From assembly GCF_036321535.1 (NCBI RefSeq), contig NC_087472.1, positions 91,452,001 to 91,516,000 on the forward strand: a stretch of DNA of 64,000 nucleotides, in the 5' to 3' direction. Shown here in pieces: positions 40,800 through 55,145 of this stretch (position 1 is the stretch's first letter; the number at the start of each line of letters is the position of its first letter). This stretch comes from Camelus dromedarius (taxonomy: Eukaryota). The translations under genes and the position numbers were made by a program. Under the pieces are notes generated by a model. That model was not told the origin of the DNA. It did no database searches and saw nothing but the letters and a program-made list of their open reading frames with translations.

Positions 40800-41240
40800 A
40801 ACAGCCAGCATTTATTGTCATCTACAAGGGGCTTCTGACTGTTCTAAGAAATACCAAAGGCATATAAAACATCGTACTTGCCCCCAGGCAGCTCACAATA
40901 TGTTTTGGTAGGAATGATTAACATCCATAAAATAATGATGACAGTACGCTAATATTGGGAAATGCATGACATGCTAGACAAGTTGAAAGGAGAGGAAGGT
41001 CAAATGAAGACAGAGTAGATGGTAGATGGGGCTTGTGTGGCCCTTAAAAATGGGAGGAATTTGAGTCTCTCAAGGAAGGAGAAAGGGTATTCCAATAAAG
41101 AGCTGGGATGAAGAAACATACAAGCATGTTATTTTGTGGAGATAGTGTGGATACCAGAATGACCAGTGCCAATTTTATGTGTAGAAATGTAAGGAGAATA
41201 AGGTTAGAAAGATAAACACAGGCAATATGACTGAGCTCAA
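40800..41240 (-). mobile_element. L2 fragment
   Basis: catttattg...ctgttctaag...cttgcccccaggcagctcacaat, degenerate L2 3' region. Confidence 0.5.
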
Positions 41241-42767
41241 AGAGTACATGACAATGATCAGAAATTGGCATCCTGAAATCACACCCTTTCTCTGCCAAAT
41301 ACAGGTTGGTTGTGATGTTCTGCAGATCATTGCCCACCTGAGTCTGTTTTCCCATCTGTAAAATTATGTTTGTTGAGGATTAAAAACAAACATGTGAGCT
41401 TGTAAATGTTAGCATAACTCTTATTATGGAAAACTGGCCTTAGAGCAGAAGGACTGAGACTATGTGGTAAGACATTTGTTGAGAAACAAAGTAGCATAAT
41501 TACAGTAGCCCTTAAGAAAAATTACTCCTGTTAATGACAAGACAAACTGGCTGGCTGGAGATCAGACTCAGGAAAGAGAGCCATGAAACTACTGTAGAAG
41601 TGTCAAGCTGGCATATCAAATTTTGGATTATGCAAAGGAACGGTGACAAAGGGTTGGACTCTATGTACTGGAATATCTGTCATCATTTGGAATTTCCTGA
41701 TTATAGGTGTTTTATTACCATGTGAAATCTACCTTGTACAAACACTACATTGAAAAGTAGATGGATAGGTGCCTTCTCTGATGCTGTAAGTTGATAGTAT
41801 TCTATTCTTAAATTGTTGACAGCAATAATTCAAATTAAATAAATGTATTTATTAAGCCTGTATATACAAGATACAATGATAGGCACTAACTTACACAAAA
41901 TATAGGGAAGATGTATTTTTCAATATCAGGTTAAGCAGTAAGCACTTAGTTTATGCAAGCACACATACACACAGAGTGTGTAATAATTTTGACAGTTCCA
42001 AAGTCTAGTAGTTAATATGAAAGACAAAATGTTCAGACAGGAAACATTAAATGCTATGATATAATAAACATTAGTATTAACTGTGAATAACTTTCCTCTG
42101 TTTTATTGAACAAAGAGCTTAAATCATTTCACTAACCATCAGTGGCCAACCAGTGTATCAATTACCATCCAATGAAATCACAGAAGCAGTGATTATCTGC
42201 CTTCACGGAAATACACAGTTATAAAGAATGTTTAAAGCAACACTCAGTTTTATACTAAGTAATGAAATACCTTTAGAGGTATAAGAACAACTAGCTACAT
42301 GAAAGAATATTTATGTTCTAACTCCCATTTAGCATTCTCAACTTAGGTCACTAGTGGTCAAGTGCAGTGGATAATTACAGTACATTTTGGGGGTTTGAGT
42401 CTTAAAAAACACCCATCAGACTTAGAATCAGAAGATCTGTGTTCCAGTCCTGTTTCTACTACTTACTGGCGTTATAACTGTCTTTGGTTGACAGTTTCGT
42501 TTTCCCCACAAAGCAAGTATTATATTTAAGAGTTCTGGATCTTTTGCATGAAGACCACCCATATTCATCAAATAGCCCTGATTTTCCTTATTCCAAGTAT
42601 CTAGGTATTCACCCCAATTTCATGCCGAAGTAGATTACAGAAATGAATAGGGCAGAAATATGAGCAAAATAACTTCAAGAAGGAGTAGAATGTCTTTTTA
42701 GAAATTTGCTCTGGCAAAGGCCACCGTGACCCACAATTCTTTTTATATAAAGCTACCTATAGCATCT

Positions 42768-43720
42768 CTGAATAGACATTTTTCCAAAGAAGACATACAA
42801 CTAGCCAACAAATATATGAAAAGGTTCTTAACATCACTTATTATCAGGGAAATGCAAATCAAAACCACAATGAGATATCACCTTATCCCTGTCAGGATGA
42901 CTATCATCAAAAATGATAAGAGATAAGTGTTGGGGAAGATGTGGAAAAAAGGCAACCCTTGTGCACTGTTGGTGGGAATGTAAACTGGTACAGCCACTAT
43001 AGAAAACAGCATGGAGTTTCTTCAAAAAATTAAAAATGGAACTATCATATAATAAAGCAATCCCACTTCTGGGCATATATCCAAAGGAAATAAAATCAGT
43101 ATCGTTAAGAGATATCTGCACTCCCATGTTTATTGCAGCGTTATTCATAATAGCCAAGCTATGGAAACACCCTAAGTGTATGGAAAATGTGGTATATACA
43201 TATTACAGAGTATTTTTCAGCCCTGAGAAAAAAAGGAAATCTTGCCATTAGTGACAACATAGATGAACCTGGAGGACATTATGTTAAGTGAAATACGCCA
43301 GATGGAGAAAGACAAATACTGTATGATCTCATTTGTACGTGGAATGTAAAAAAGTCAAACTCACAGAAGCAGAGAGTAGTAGAATAGTGGCTGCCAGGGG
43401 CTTAGGGGTGGGAGAAATGGGGAGATGTTGGTCAAAGGGTGCAAACTCTTTAAATTATAAGATGTATAAGTTCTGAAGATCTAATGTACATCACGGTAAC
43501 TATAATTAATGATACCGTATTGTATAATTGAAATTTGCTAAGAGATTAGATCTTAAGTGTTCTCACCATAAACAAAAAATGGTAAAAAAATGGTAACTAT
43601 GTGGGGATGATGGATGTGTTAATTAGCTTAACCGTGGTACTCATATATACTTATAACGTATCATCAAGTTGTACACCTTGAATATATACAACTTTTATCT
43701 GTAAATTTATTTCAATAAAA
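42768..43720 (+). mobile_element. L1MA-like ORF2 end and 3'UTR
   Basis: Translation [19 protein letters not shown]...[13 protein letters not shown]; typical 3'UTR ending ttcaataaaa. Confidence 0.9.
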
Positions 43721-45384
43721 ATTTCTAAAATCTCTGAAGAGATTTAACTAGGAAGAGAAGACAGATATGAGGCCTATAGATATTTTAAAGAGTAAATCTG
43801 AGCAATGCTACCCAGGTAGAGCATTTCTTTCCTATCCAATTCGAAGAAAAATAGTTTAAAAAGAACCTTCAATACCTCTGAGAATTAGTAATTACACTAA
43901 GAAAAAATTATTTAAAAAGGGTATAGAGTGTGTAAAACTCACAAGTTATTTAAAGTAAAGTTGTCTTCTTTTAATAACAAGAATTCCTAACCTGATACGG
44001 TTCCTTTTTCAGTCTTTTTAAACATTTCATTTTTAGTTGCAATTCTCGTTTTACCAGCTCTTACTTTTCCCATGCTAACTGCAACATTACATCTCACTTA
44101 TGTAATTCATGACTCCTATCACTGCTTTTAAATCGCATTTAAAACAGTAATGTCCAGCTTTCTCCAACCTGCAAGCAGTTTAGACGCAAACAGACACACA
44201 ATAACAGTAACGAAAGAGCAATCTTTCTATCATAGCAGTTTGTCCATCTGCCATAAATGAATGTACATGTTGGACTATGGATAAAACTGTTGCCATTCTG
44301 ATAAAGGTTGCTCTACTTGTGAGAAAACACCAAAAAAGTCACGTTAAAATAGGTGTGAGTTCAAAATTTATCTCATTAAAGGGAAGACACTGTAGGCTGA
44401 TGCCTTGACTGGATCATTTATAAAGAGTGTGACTGAGTGGGAGAGAGAAATCCTGTCATACTTGCCTTCTATATTATACATTGCCATTCTGTCAAGTCAA
44501 ATCTAATATAAATGAATCACATTAATCAGAAAATGTGAATTTTTACATGACAAGATAAAGGGGCATGCCACTTCCAATTAGATTAGTGATCTAAAATTAG
44601 CTACTGACACAAGCAAGTATACATGGTCAATTTGCCTGCCTGAAACTGAAAATTAAATAAGACATATTGGATAATAGATAGCCCTGGAGGGGACATGCAG
44701 CTGTAATTCACTCATGTTGCTCAGTTGATGTCACAAGCCACCAAAGAAAATTCAATCTTGTGCTCATTTTGAGATGGATTTAACTCAAGAAAATACTTAG
44801 ATCAACTGTCCATTGATTTGGTTCTGTGAACAGTAGGGGATGAGTACAAGAGAGGACATTCTCTCGTTTCCACAGAGAAGTAAATTGAGATGGCAAAGAA
44901 GAATGGCTCATCGACAGATCAATATCTCATTATTGATATATCAGTACTTTTGAAGTGAAGAAACATGTCTTTACACAAACACCGTTAAGCTTTTTTTGTT
45001 CAATTTTACATTGTAAATAATATACCCAGCTTACCCTTCTCACAGGTTGTCACCAGTCTTGTTGAAAATATGTACATAAATGGGATTCGAAAAATTGTTT
45101 TTCATGCTGTTACTATTATCGTTACTTCAAAATGTAATGAAGTCATTTTTGCAAAGTTTACTTTGTAAACTGTGTATATTTGCGTCTTCTATACATCTAA
45201 TGAGGCAAGAATGCACAGTTAACAAAGTCCTATAAGCAGAGTTTCTGTTAGTTGTTCCAAAGTGAATGATGATTATTTACTAAATTAAGGTTCCACATCT
45301 TGATCTCAGGCTCTAGAAGTAAAATGCAAGAGGCAGGATGTTCTGGAAGAATCTGGCTCATTTTTTAAAACTATTTAAAAATTT

Positions 45385-45652
45385 TTTAATTGAAGTGTAG
45401 TTGATTTATAATGTTAGTTTCAGGTGTACAGTGAAGTGATTCAGTTATACATATACATACATGTATATATTTTCTTTTCAGATTCTTTTCCATTATATAT
45501 TATAAGAAATTGAATATAGTTCCCTGTGCTATTCAGTAGGTCCTTGTTTATTTATTGTATACATAGTAATGTGTCTATTAATCCATAACTCCTAATTTGT
45601 CCCTCCCTACCCTCTCCCTTTTGGCAACCATAGTATGTTTTCTATGTCCATG
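45385..45652 (-). mobile_element. Lineage L1 3' end
   Basis: ttaattgaagtgtagttgattta...ttgaatatagttccctgtgctattcagtaggtccttg. Confidence 0.85.
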
Positions 45653-45659
45653 AAAGATT

Positions 45660-46510
45660 ATTTTTTAAGAGCAGTTTTAGGTTTACAACAAAATTGAGAA
45701 GAATGTACAAAGGTTTCTTATATACTCTCTGCCCCCACAACACATAACGGGCTCCCCCATTGTAAGCATCACTAACCAGTGATCAGAGTGGAACACTTTT
45801 TTTTAAACAAGGATGAACCAACATGAACATATCATAATCACCCACAGTGTATAGCTTAACCTGAGGGTTCACACCTGGCGTCATACATTCCACAGGTTTG
45901 GATGAAAGTATAATAATACATATATATATCAATACATATCATACAGCATATTTTCAATGCCCTAAAAATCCTCTGTTCTCTGTCTATTCATCTCTTCCCC
46001 TCATCTCCCCACTCCTGGCAATTGCTAGTCTTTTTTATTGTCTCCATAGTTTTGTCTTTTCCAAAATGTCAGGTATTTGGAATCATACAGTATGAAGCCC
46101 TTCCATATTGGCTTCTTTCACTTAATAATGTACATTTAAGATTCCTCCCTATTTTCTCATGATTTGATAGCTCATTTCTTTTTAATGCTGAGTAATATTC
46201 CATTGTCTGGATGTACCAAAGTGTATTTATCCATTCACCTCCTGAAGATTTTAGTTGCTCCCAAGTTTTGGCAATTATGAATAAAGCTGCTACAAGTATC
46301 CATGTACAGGTTTCTGTGTGGACATAAGTTTTCAACTCCTTTGGGTAAACACCAAGCAGCATGGCTACTGGATTATATGATAAGAGTATGTTTAGTTTTG
46401 TTAAGAACCCACCAAGCTATCTTCCAAAGTAGCTGTACCATTTTGCATTCCCACAGGGAATTTATGGGAATTCCTGATGCCCCAATATCCTTACCAGCAT
46501 TTGATGTTGT
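45660..46510 (-). mobile_element. L1MC-like 3' region
   Basis: agagcagttttaggtttacaacaaaattgag...ccaagttttggcaattatgaataaagctgct...gctgtaccattttgcattccca. Confidence 0.85.
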
Positions 46511-46844
46511 CAATGCATACAGCTCACTTTTACAATGGTAGGATAGGCTGTTAGTTAAAAGGAACAAATACTTAGTTGATAATACAAGTTCTTTGATCAA
46601 TTATTTTTGAAATGGTACACATATTCTCTCTTTCATCTCGATTCACACATATACATACAGATACTTTATTAAAGAAACTGATGTAGCCCAGCAAAGATGT
46701 CATAAAGTGAATGTATTTAAAATTTATTTTGTTTTCCAATGGACCTCTATACTTTTGAGGGAAACCCACTGGATTACAAATGTAATAAAGAACACTAAGA
46801 ATGACTCAAGTCAGAAATAGATAGTAGATATATATTATTAGTTC

Positions 46845-47625
46845 ACAAAGAGGGGATACCCAAATGGGCAATAAGCATATGTAAAAATTCTCAACATTAT
46901 TGCTTCTCAGAGAAAGGCAAATTAAAACCTCAATGGGATACCATTAAATACCTACCTAAAATTAGGGACACTGACAACACCCAGTATTAGCCAAGATGTG
47001 GAACAATTGGAACTCTCATACATTGGTCCCAGGAGTGTAAATTGATGTAACCACTTTGGAAAAATGTCAGTGTCTACTAAAGCTAGACATAATGTTGACC
47101 CTATGACCTAGCAATTGCACTCTTAGATTTGCACTCCATGAAAATGAGTGCAAAAGTCAGGTATGGGAGTGTTCTTAGCAGCTTTGTTCATAACAGCCTC
47201 AAACTAAAAACAAACTCAAATGCACATCAATAGTAAAATGAACAAATTGTGGTGTATTCATTCAGTGGAATACAACTCTGCAATAAAAAAGAATGAACCA
47301 CTGCTACACTCAATGACATGGATTTGTCAGAGACAGAATGAAGAGAACAAAAATCCAGACACAAATGAGTAGATTCCATTTATATGAGTTTCAATAATGG
47401 GCAAACCAAATGTACAGTGATAGAAGTCAGAGGAGTGGTTCCCTCTGGGAGGATGGCATGAGAGGCAAGATCATGAAGGAACCCTCTGAGGTATTGGGAA
47501 ACATTCTGTATCTTGATCCGAGTGGCAGTTACCCTGGCGTATGTATGTATATGTGTGCAAAAGTTCATGGAGTTAAAAGTTGAAATTTGTGTGCTTCACT
47601 GTAATACCTCAATAAAAGTTTTTAA
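46845..47625 (+). mobile_element. Old L1 (L1MC/ME-like) 3' region
   Basis: caaatgggcaataagcatatg...accactttggaaaa...cctatgacctagcaattgcactc...tacctcaataaaa. Confidence 0.8.
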
Positions 47626-48336
47626 AAAGAATGAACAAATCTTTAAAACCACATATTTAAAGAAACAAAGTTACTTCGTCACAAAGTGCAAAATATTAAC
47701 AAAGAATTGAAATTTCCAGCAATATCACTGAGCCATACTAAAAAATGTCAAAGCAATACTCAAAACCATAAGGTAGTATAGTTTCTAAAACTCTGCCAGG
47801 ATGACTCTTCATTTTCACACATACTTCCCCACAAGAAGCTTCATCAATACAAATAGGCTTGCCGACTGCTTCTGATGTCCTTGAAACATTTCAGTTCCCC
47901 CTCAACATCATTTGGAAAAAAATCTTCATGCACATTTTATTGATGAGTATACTGGTTTACCTCCAAACATATATTTGTGTATGCTGTATTCAGTTATGTA
48001 AACCTGGGCGACTACTTGCAGGATTGTTGAATGGAAAGAGAGAACTATAAACAGATACACAAGGTAGAGAATTTCTCTTTGTATACGGAAGATTTGACAC
48101 AATTAGGACATAGGGTTATCTGGAAACTACTTAATGCCAAAATGCTCAATAAGGACAATTAATTTGTAGATAGTGCTAATTGTCTGCCTCCATATATATT
48201 TTTGGGCTTTTTTTCTTATCAATATTAAACCACTATTGACTGCTTGAGAGCTAGACTGGTGAGGCATAAAACTAAAGGCAGCCTTTTGTAAGTTCTTGAC
48301 TGTAAGACGTTTTTCTCTCTTCCTACCCTCCCCGGA

Positions 48337-48800
48337 TTTATTGAAGTATCATGGACAAATAAAATTGAGTGTATTTAAGGTGTATAACTTGGCATTCTGA
48401 TATAAGCATACACTGTGAAATAATCGTCACAATCAAGCTACTATTTATCAGTCACATTCTTAGTATTTTTTGTGTGTGACAATAACACTTAAGATCCACC
48501 CTCATTGCAAATTTCAAGTGTACAGTGCAGCATTGTTAACTATGATCACATTGCCGTACAAGAGATTTCTATAAATTATTCATCTTGTATAACTGAAACT
48601 TTATTCTCCCGATCAATATCTCCCTATTTCTCCCTCCCCCAATCTCTGGTAACCACCATTCTACTCTCTGTTACGAGTTTGACTATTTCAGATTCTACAT
48701 GTAAGATCATGTAGTATTTCTCTTCTCTCTCTGGCTTATTTTACTTGGCATAATGTTCTTCAGGTTCACTCCCTGTTGTCACAAATGACAAGCTTCCTTT
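48337..48800 (-). mobile_element. L1MA-like 3' end
   Basis: tttattgaagtat...tttaaggtgtataac...ggtaaccaccattctactctctg...ctggcttattttacttggcataatg. Confidence 0.85.
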
Positions 48801-49659
48801 TTTCAAAAAAGACTTCCATATATATTTTTGTATCAACTGATGTTTTGAAAAATCAAAATAATGCATACTGAGCTTTCCAAAGTATAGGCCAATCCTTGAG
48901 TTCTATAATAAAAGAGGTTATCAAGAGACTAACCCTCTGGCTCTGATAGCACTGGGGACCAAATGTCAGGACAAAATAAAGGCAAAAGTTCTTCCAAATA
49001 GTGAATGCTTACGGGCAGAGTTCCTTCTTTTACTCAGTCCATTCATTTATTACGTTTAGAATTCTGTTAGGAAATTTCTTCTAAGAAAAGGGTTCCTGTA
49101 CTTCACATAACTCATTCTCTTTCATTACAAACATACTAAGGCACTATTGCCAAGTCTCTCAATGTTTTAAAATTAGGTCACACACAAAATTTTAGGTTTA
49201 GGGCTCCTGGAAAGTAGCAGAGGCTCTTCACATTGTAGATAACTGGTGTTTGGGAGGTCTGGAATGAGGAGGGATTAGCCGTGGAAAATCCGCGGGTACA
49301 TTTACTGAGGGAAGGCAGAGAGAGCAGAGGATCATGTTCTAGTGGTATGCCAGGTGGGAGAAGGGCTTTTAATCATAAAAAAGCATCGCTTTTCCTAATC
49401 TCCTTTTATGCCACTGACCTTCCAAAAGTGCCAAGAAGGAGCTAAGACATATATTACTTCATTATAAGATTAAGAACATAAAGCACAAGGAAAATAAGTG
49501 TCCACTCAAAATAAGCACATAAACTGAGTCCCTGAAAATCCTGAGATCTTTACCTCTAAGCTCCACTCATACATTACCCTGGGGAGCTCTACCTTTGGTT
49601 AGAGGTGGAATTAAGATTTCTGAATAAATTTTCCAATACTCATCACATTCCCATGTTTC

Positions 49660-49960
49660 AAACTTCAAATGATTTAAAGGGTCTATAGTAAAATTTTCTC
49701 TTCTATTTCTGTCTCTCAGTCAGTCTGTTCACCTTCCCAGAGGCAATCAGTGTTACCAGTTTCTTGAGGATCCTTCCAGAGATATTTAATACTTATGAGA
49801 GAAAATACAAATATACACACACAGCAATTTTCAAATTTTACACAAATGGTAGTACACCATAAACATTATTCTGTACCCGGTTTGTTTGACTTCGTGTAAG
49901 TATATCACAGATAGCATTCCCTATCTGCAGTAAAGTTTTTATACGTGCTATTTGTATGCC
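49660..49960 (-). mobile_element. L1ME-like fragment
   Basis: ccagaggcaatcagtgttaccagtttcttg...atccttccagagata...acacaaatggtagtac. Confidence 0.65.
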
Positions 49961-50294
49961 ACCAGTATCATCTATTTTTCCACTTTCAGGAGAACTATGT
50001 GGTGAATGGAAAGCACATAGGAACTAGTTCACTTACCAACTAGCTTTGAGATGCGGGCAAGGCACCTAACTCTCTGAACCTTGGATTCTTCACTGAGTGA
50101 TGCTAGTAACGCCTTTCTCCCAAGTTCGTTGTGGCAACCATATGAGCCTGAAATTGGGAGTCAGGCAGCCTGGCTAACTGAACACTTACATGATCCTGGG
50201 CATTTATTTGGTCTCTCTCAGCCTCAGTTTCGTTTGTTCCATATGCACTTTCATGGATAACCACAAACAAAAAACCACAGACAAGAAAGTTCAC

Positions 50295-50770
50295 TGATCA
50301 TAAGAGTACTGTCTGAATTATCAAACAAGAAACACATTCACATAATCATCATATAGGTCAACTAATAATTACCAAAAACCCAGAAGCCCATACCTTGTGC
50401 TGTCTCTCAGTTACTATCCGCCCTCCAAAGGTAACATTACCCTGACTTCTAATGTCATAATACAACCTTGCAGGTTTTTGAATTTTATACAAATGGAATT
50501 CATAGGTATATATTTTTTGTTGTCTAGCTTCCTTTGCTCAACTTTTGGTTTGAGATTCATCCATATAGTTGAAATAGTAGTAGTTGTTCGTTGTCATTGC
50601 TCTGTTGCAAGAATTTGCCAGAAATTATATGTTCCTTTTACATAATGAACAAATATTGACGTGTTTTTGCATTGTTTTCAGTTTTTATTATAATGTTGTT
50701 CTAAACATTCTAGTGCATGTATGCATTCTGTTAAATTTATACCTAGGAGTAAAATTGCTGGAGTACAGAG
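50295..50770 (-). mobile_element. L1ME-like fragment
   Basis: aggtaacattaccctgacttctaa...ttttgaattttatacaaatggaattcatag...tacctaggagtaaaattgctgg. Confidence 0.7.
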
Positions 50771-50819
50771 TAAGCTTATGTCCAGAATACTCAGTAATTG
50801 TCAGTACAAGTCTAAAAGT

Positions 50820-51200
50820 TTCAATCAGGGATTATAGTTGCAAGCACCAGAAATCAATTCTGGCAGATTTAAGAAGAAAGGAATTTATTGAAAGATCACT
50901 TAGGCAAGGAGAAAGGAAAGCCAGGTGGGTGGAAACACAGCCAACATCAGGAGAACAATGTTTCAGTCATGCTATGTATCAGACCTCATAGTTTGCACAG
51001 TCAACATTGAACTCTTGCCCACATACTCATAATGCTGCATTTCCATGGCTGTTACTGCTGGAAACAAATGCCTCTGTCTCAGCCTATTTGCATCCCTAGC
51101 TACTGATTCAAAGCCTGATGTGTGCACAGCTGATAGGCCAGGCCCAGGTTACATGGCCAGGCCATAGCTGCAAGGGAGCCTGGAAAAGTGATGTGTAAGG
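50820..51200. mobile_element. Old MaLR LTR (MLT1-like) remnant
   Basis: gttgcaagcaccagaaatcaattctggcagatttaagaagaaaggaatttattg...gctgataggccaggcccaggttacatg...agctgcaagggag. Confidence 0.55.
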
Positions 51201-53196
51201 CAGGCACCTTCCAAACAGAAGAACAGAATAGGGTGCAGATATTGGTCATAAAAAACCTATTTCTAAGATTGACTATTTCTTCCTAAGTTAAATATCTGGA
51301 AAAAACACAAACAGGTATTGATCTCCTTCCATTACAAAATAAAACAACAACCTAAGTTCAGCTCTTCAAAAATCAGGCTTTTTCCTTGACTATGTATTTA
51401 ATAAATATGACATGAGTATTAATCTGAACATAAATTTGAGGTTTCTAAAACAACTTTAAAAGATTTTATAGCTTTTAGAAAGCAGAAATCCAGTACTACA
51501 TTATACCAGAGACTTTTTCCTAATGAAGAAAAAAATGCTTTCTTCCTCCATGTTTTATCATAGTTTTTTAAGTATGTGCATACGTGGCTTTACTCACCAC
51601 CTCACTGAGGCAGACACTGCCTGGGAGTCACCTAGTTCTTGCCCCCAGACCACTTGGTACAAATTTAGAGCATCTAAGGCCAGTACTTTGCCCCTATATA
51701 TTCCTTGGTTAACTTTTGAACAATAAGCCTGTTTTAGTCTCTCTTGTATCGTCACCCTCTTAACATTCTCTGTGTTCTTCTCCTGATGGTTTTCGCTACT
51801 GGCTCCATTCAACTGTGGAGCCTACTGAAAACTTCATTCCATTGTTACCAAAGTCCTATCCATCTTAAGCTTCTGAGGGGAAGAAAGCTCTCTCTCTTCT
51901 TGCCTTAATGATAATTAGCCCCTTCTTAAGCCCCCTACTTCCTCCCCTTTAGCTCATCTGAGCAGAGGCTGCCAGGTCTCCCATACAGTGAGCCTTGAAT
52001 CCAAGAAGTGAGTTGGCATTTCAATGCATTTGCAAGGTTGCTTCTGCAGTTTTCCCATTCTTTTGTAAAATCGCATTCTCCTTGGAGATGCACCGCACTA
52101 GTATTCTACTCTCAGTCCCTCCTAATTGTGGCCAATCCACTTGCCACCTGGTTATCTATTCCCTCACCAAAAAGCCCGACTCCCAGTCTTCCTCTCCTAG
52201 GATAATTCTAAGAGATTTTAACGTTTATGGAGATATTTCATCCAACTTCATGGCTTTGTGATTCCTCTAGCTCCCCATTCAAAAGTTCATGACCTAAACA
52301 TTGTCCTGGCTTAGAAACTGGTCCACTTTAGCTTCCCACTTTCTGACCACAAGTTAATACTTTTTATCTTTCTCACTACCTTATTTGCACCTGGTAGCTT
52401 CACCTTGTTAAATTTAAAAATTTTCACACACAATGGTTTCCACACGTTTATGGTCTCCAAATGTGGGTGGCTTCCCAGTACACTTGCCAGTTATTTTACT
52501 TGGTCTTGGTCAGCTCTTTTCCATTCCCATCAACGCCTGTTCTAAAACTTACCCCAAGTTGTTCCTCCAAACAACTGCTGATTTCATTCTCAGCAGATGA
52601 CCTTGCCTTTATATCAGTGGAAAAATTGAGGTCATCAGGGAGGTCTCACTCAATTTTTCTGTAAACATATCTATATTCATTGGTTTTTACTTTCTTTCCT
52701 TCACTCTAGAAGTCTGCAATGTCCCTTACCAGTTCAAGGCCAACTCATGCCGGTAGCCCGACTCAATCTCCCTTTGTATCTGCCCCGTCCTTGCTCTGTC
52801 AGTCATCTCTTTCTCAGCTTCTTTACTGGATCCTCCTTCAGTCTATAAACACCTGAAGACCTTTTCATTTGAAAAGACCCTTATACCTGTGTCCTATTCA
52901 ACCACCATCCAGCTTCTTTCTGTTCTTCCATTTTCAGATCATTTGAAAGCACAGAAAAACTGGCTTTCTTGGGCTTTTCACATCAGTTTTACCCCTTGAG
53001 CTCTGAAACTTGCATTTCTCACTCCTCCACTGAACCTGTTTTCCCTAAGATACATACTGACCTAATTGCCAAGTCGAATATACATTTTCTAGTCTTATGT
53101 AACCAGAATTCACTCTGACACTGCTAATTGCTTTCTCCTTTCAAAGTGTAATCTTGTTTTTTTTTTCCTGATTAAATAAACAGAATTTGTTCATTA

Positions 53197-53546
53197 GTCT
53201 TTTAGTCTATCCAGGCAGCTGTAATGAAGTACCACTGTCTGGGTCACTTATATACAAAACAAATTCATTTCTTACCATTCTAGGGACTGAAAGTCTGAGA
53301 TCAAGGCGTCAGCATGGTCAGGTGAAGGCCCTCTTCCAGGCCCCAGACTTCTCACTGGATCCTCACGTGGCTACAGGGGGAGGGAGCACTCTGAAACCTC
53401 TTTTATAAAGCACTGATTACATTCATGAGGGCCCCACCCTTGGGACTTGAGCACCACCCAAATGCCCCACCTTCTAATACCATTACTTTGGGGGTTAGAA
53501 TTTTAACATATGAATTTTGGAGGGACACAACATTCAGACCATAGCA
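53197..53546 (-). mobile_element. MaLR solo LTR (MLT1A-like)
   Basis: aagtctgagatcaaggcgtcagcatggtcaggtgaaggccc...ccaccttctaataccattactttggggg...cattcagaccatagca. Confidence 0.85.
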
Positions 53547-53549
53547 ATT

Positions 53550-54065
53550 ACAGAATATTTGGAAAATACAGGAAAGTACAAAGAAGAAAAATAATATCAC
53601 CTGTAATGACACTAATCGGTGATAACCACTGTTAACATTTTGAAGTATATTCATGTACGTCAATAGATAGATATATGCAGGCACAATCTGTTCAGTAGCT
53701 TTTCTCTGCTTTTTACATAACATTATATTGGGCATATGTTCCTATATCCTTAAATATTTTTGAAAACGCTTATAACTGCTGCATCATATTCTATGAAACG
53801 GATGAATTGTCATATATTAGCCATTTCTCTATTAGCTATCTGACCTATATTTTTAATCTTTTCTATTATAAAGTTACTATAAACATCCTTAAACATAAGT
53901 CTTTGACAATTTCCTTGGAATTATTTCATTAGAATAAATTATTGAAAAAGAATTACTGGGTGCAAGGGTATAACTATTTTCTAGGTTTTGCTGCACAATG
54001 TTGAACTGACTTCCAGGAAAGTGGTGGAGATTCACGTTCTCACTTGCAATGGGTATGAGTGCTTG
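53550..54065 (-). mobile_element. L1ME-like fragment
   Basis: gataaccactgttaacattttg...ttttctattataaa...gaattactgggtgcaagggtat. Confidence 0.65.
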
Positions 54066-54859
54066 TTTTCCTTTTTTTGGTCTTAAAACTTTCTACTCTC
54101 TTTTCATTATAATGTTCTCTGTTCTATTTCCTCCATAATATCCTCTTCTAGTTCTCCTTGTACTTCTATTTTGTGAGGCTTTTGTCCTCTCTTTGGGAAT
54201 TTATTTTCCCATAACTACCCCTCAAAGTTGATGTTCCCCATACTTATATTCTTAGTCCACTATCTTTCTCACTCTATTATTCCCTGGGGTTATTTATTTT
54301 ACTCCAATAGTCTGAACTACTTCCACTAGGTAGAAGATTCCCAAATACAAGACACCAGACCTGGTCTCTCTCCTGAACTTTAGGCTCATGTATAGAGCCA
54401 TCTATAGTGCATCTGTTTTTTGTTACCCAACAAATAACCCAAAACTGAACCTGTCAAAAAGATGAGTTGGTAGTACAACCAGCCAAGGGGTCACCCAAAG
54501 TCACCTATTTACCTTTTCTTTCTTGGTCATCACCCACCACCCCTACCCCACCACAGCTCCCATCACAAGGAGAGAAGACTTTCAGCTTAATTGCCATGTA
54601 CCTGAGTAGAGAACATGCTAAAGATACAAATATTTTTAAAATTTCTTACTCTTTTTCTTATTTCAGAGAGAAACCTTTGGTGAATTTTGTTATTGGTAGA
54701 AGCTAGTTAAGGCCAAAAGTGGGGCTGAAACTTCTATTTCTGACTTTTGTTCCAGAGTAATACTTTTTCCCTTGGAATGTATGTTCTAACCTATATGTCT
54801 AAGCTTTTAAAGAATCAGCAAACCATACAAGGATATTCAAAATATAAAATCATATTACC

Positions 54860-55030
54860 TTTAAGCTGGAAGGCACAGTAGAGACATCCAGTTGAATGCC
54901 ATCGCTCTGTTTCTTAACAATCTGGAGGCCAGAGAGATTTCATGGCTTACTCAAAGATGCATGGTTAGTTAGTAACAGACATCACTAAAATCTCATTCTT
55001 ATAACTCTTGGTCCAGTGTTTATTTCACTA
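54860..55030 (-). mobile_element. MIR SINE
   Basis: gctggaaggcacagtagagacatccag...ggaggccagagag...cttactcaaagatgcatggttagttagt. Confidence 0.6.
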
Positions 55031-55145
55031 CATAAATATTTCTACATGTTTTTAACCCTTGTCCTGAGCAACTCTACAAAAAGATATCCATGCACAAGTA
55101 ACTTCTGGAAAATCCTGCATAGCACACCTTTTAGAGAATCATAAC

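Larger units (their letters stand above)
51840..54460 (+). mobile_element. Long, degenerate L2 ORF2 remnant, interrupted at about 53150-54065
   Basis: Translation LVIYSL...IILRDFNVY resembles the APE endonuclease motifs VIYRP and ILGDFN; ctcagcagatgaccttgcc and ttgccaagtcgaat are L2-like; pyrimidine-rich strand. Confidence 0.65.

Noticed and set aside
44918..44937. Small inverted repeat atcaata/tattgat
   Set aside because: A 7-bp AT-rich stem is expected by chance and is too short for a miRNA precursor.
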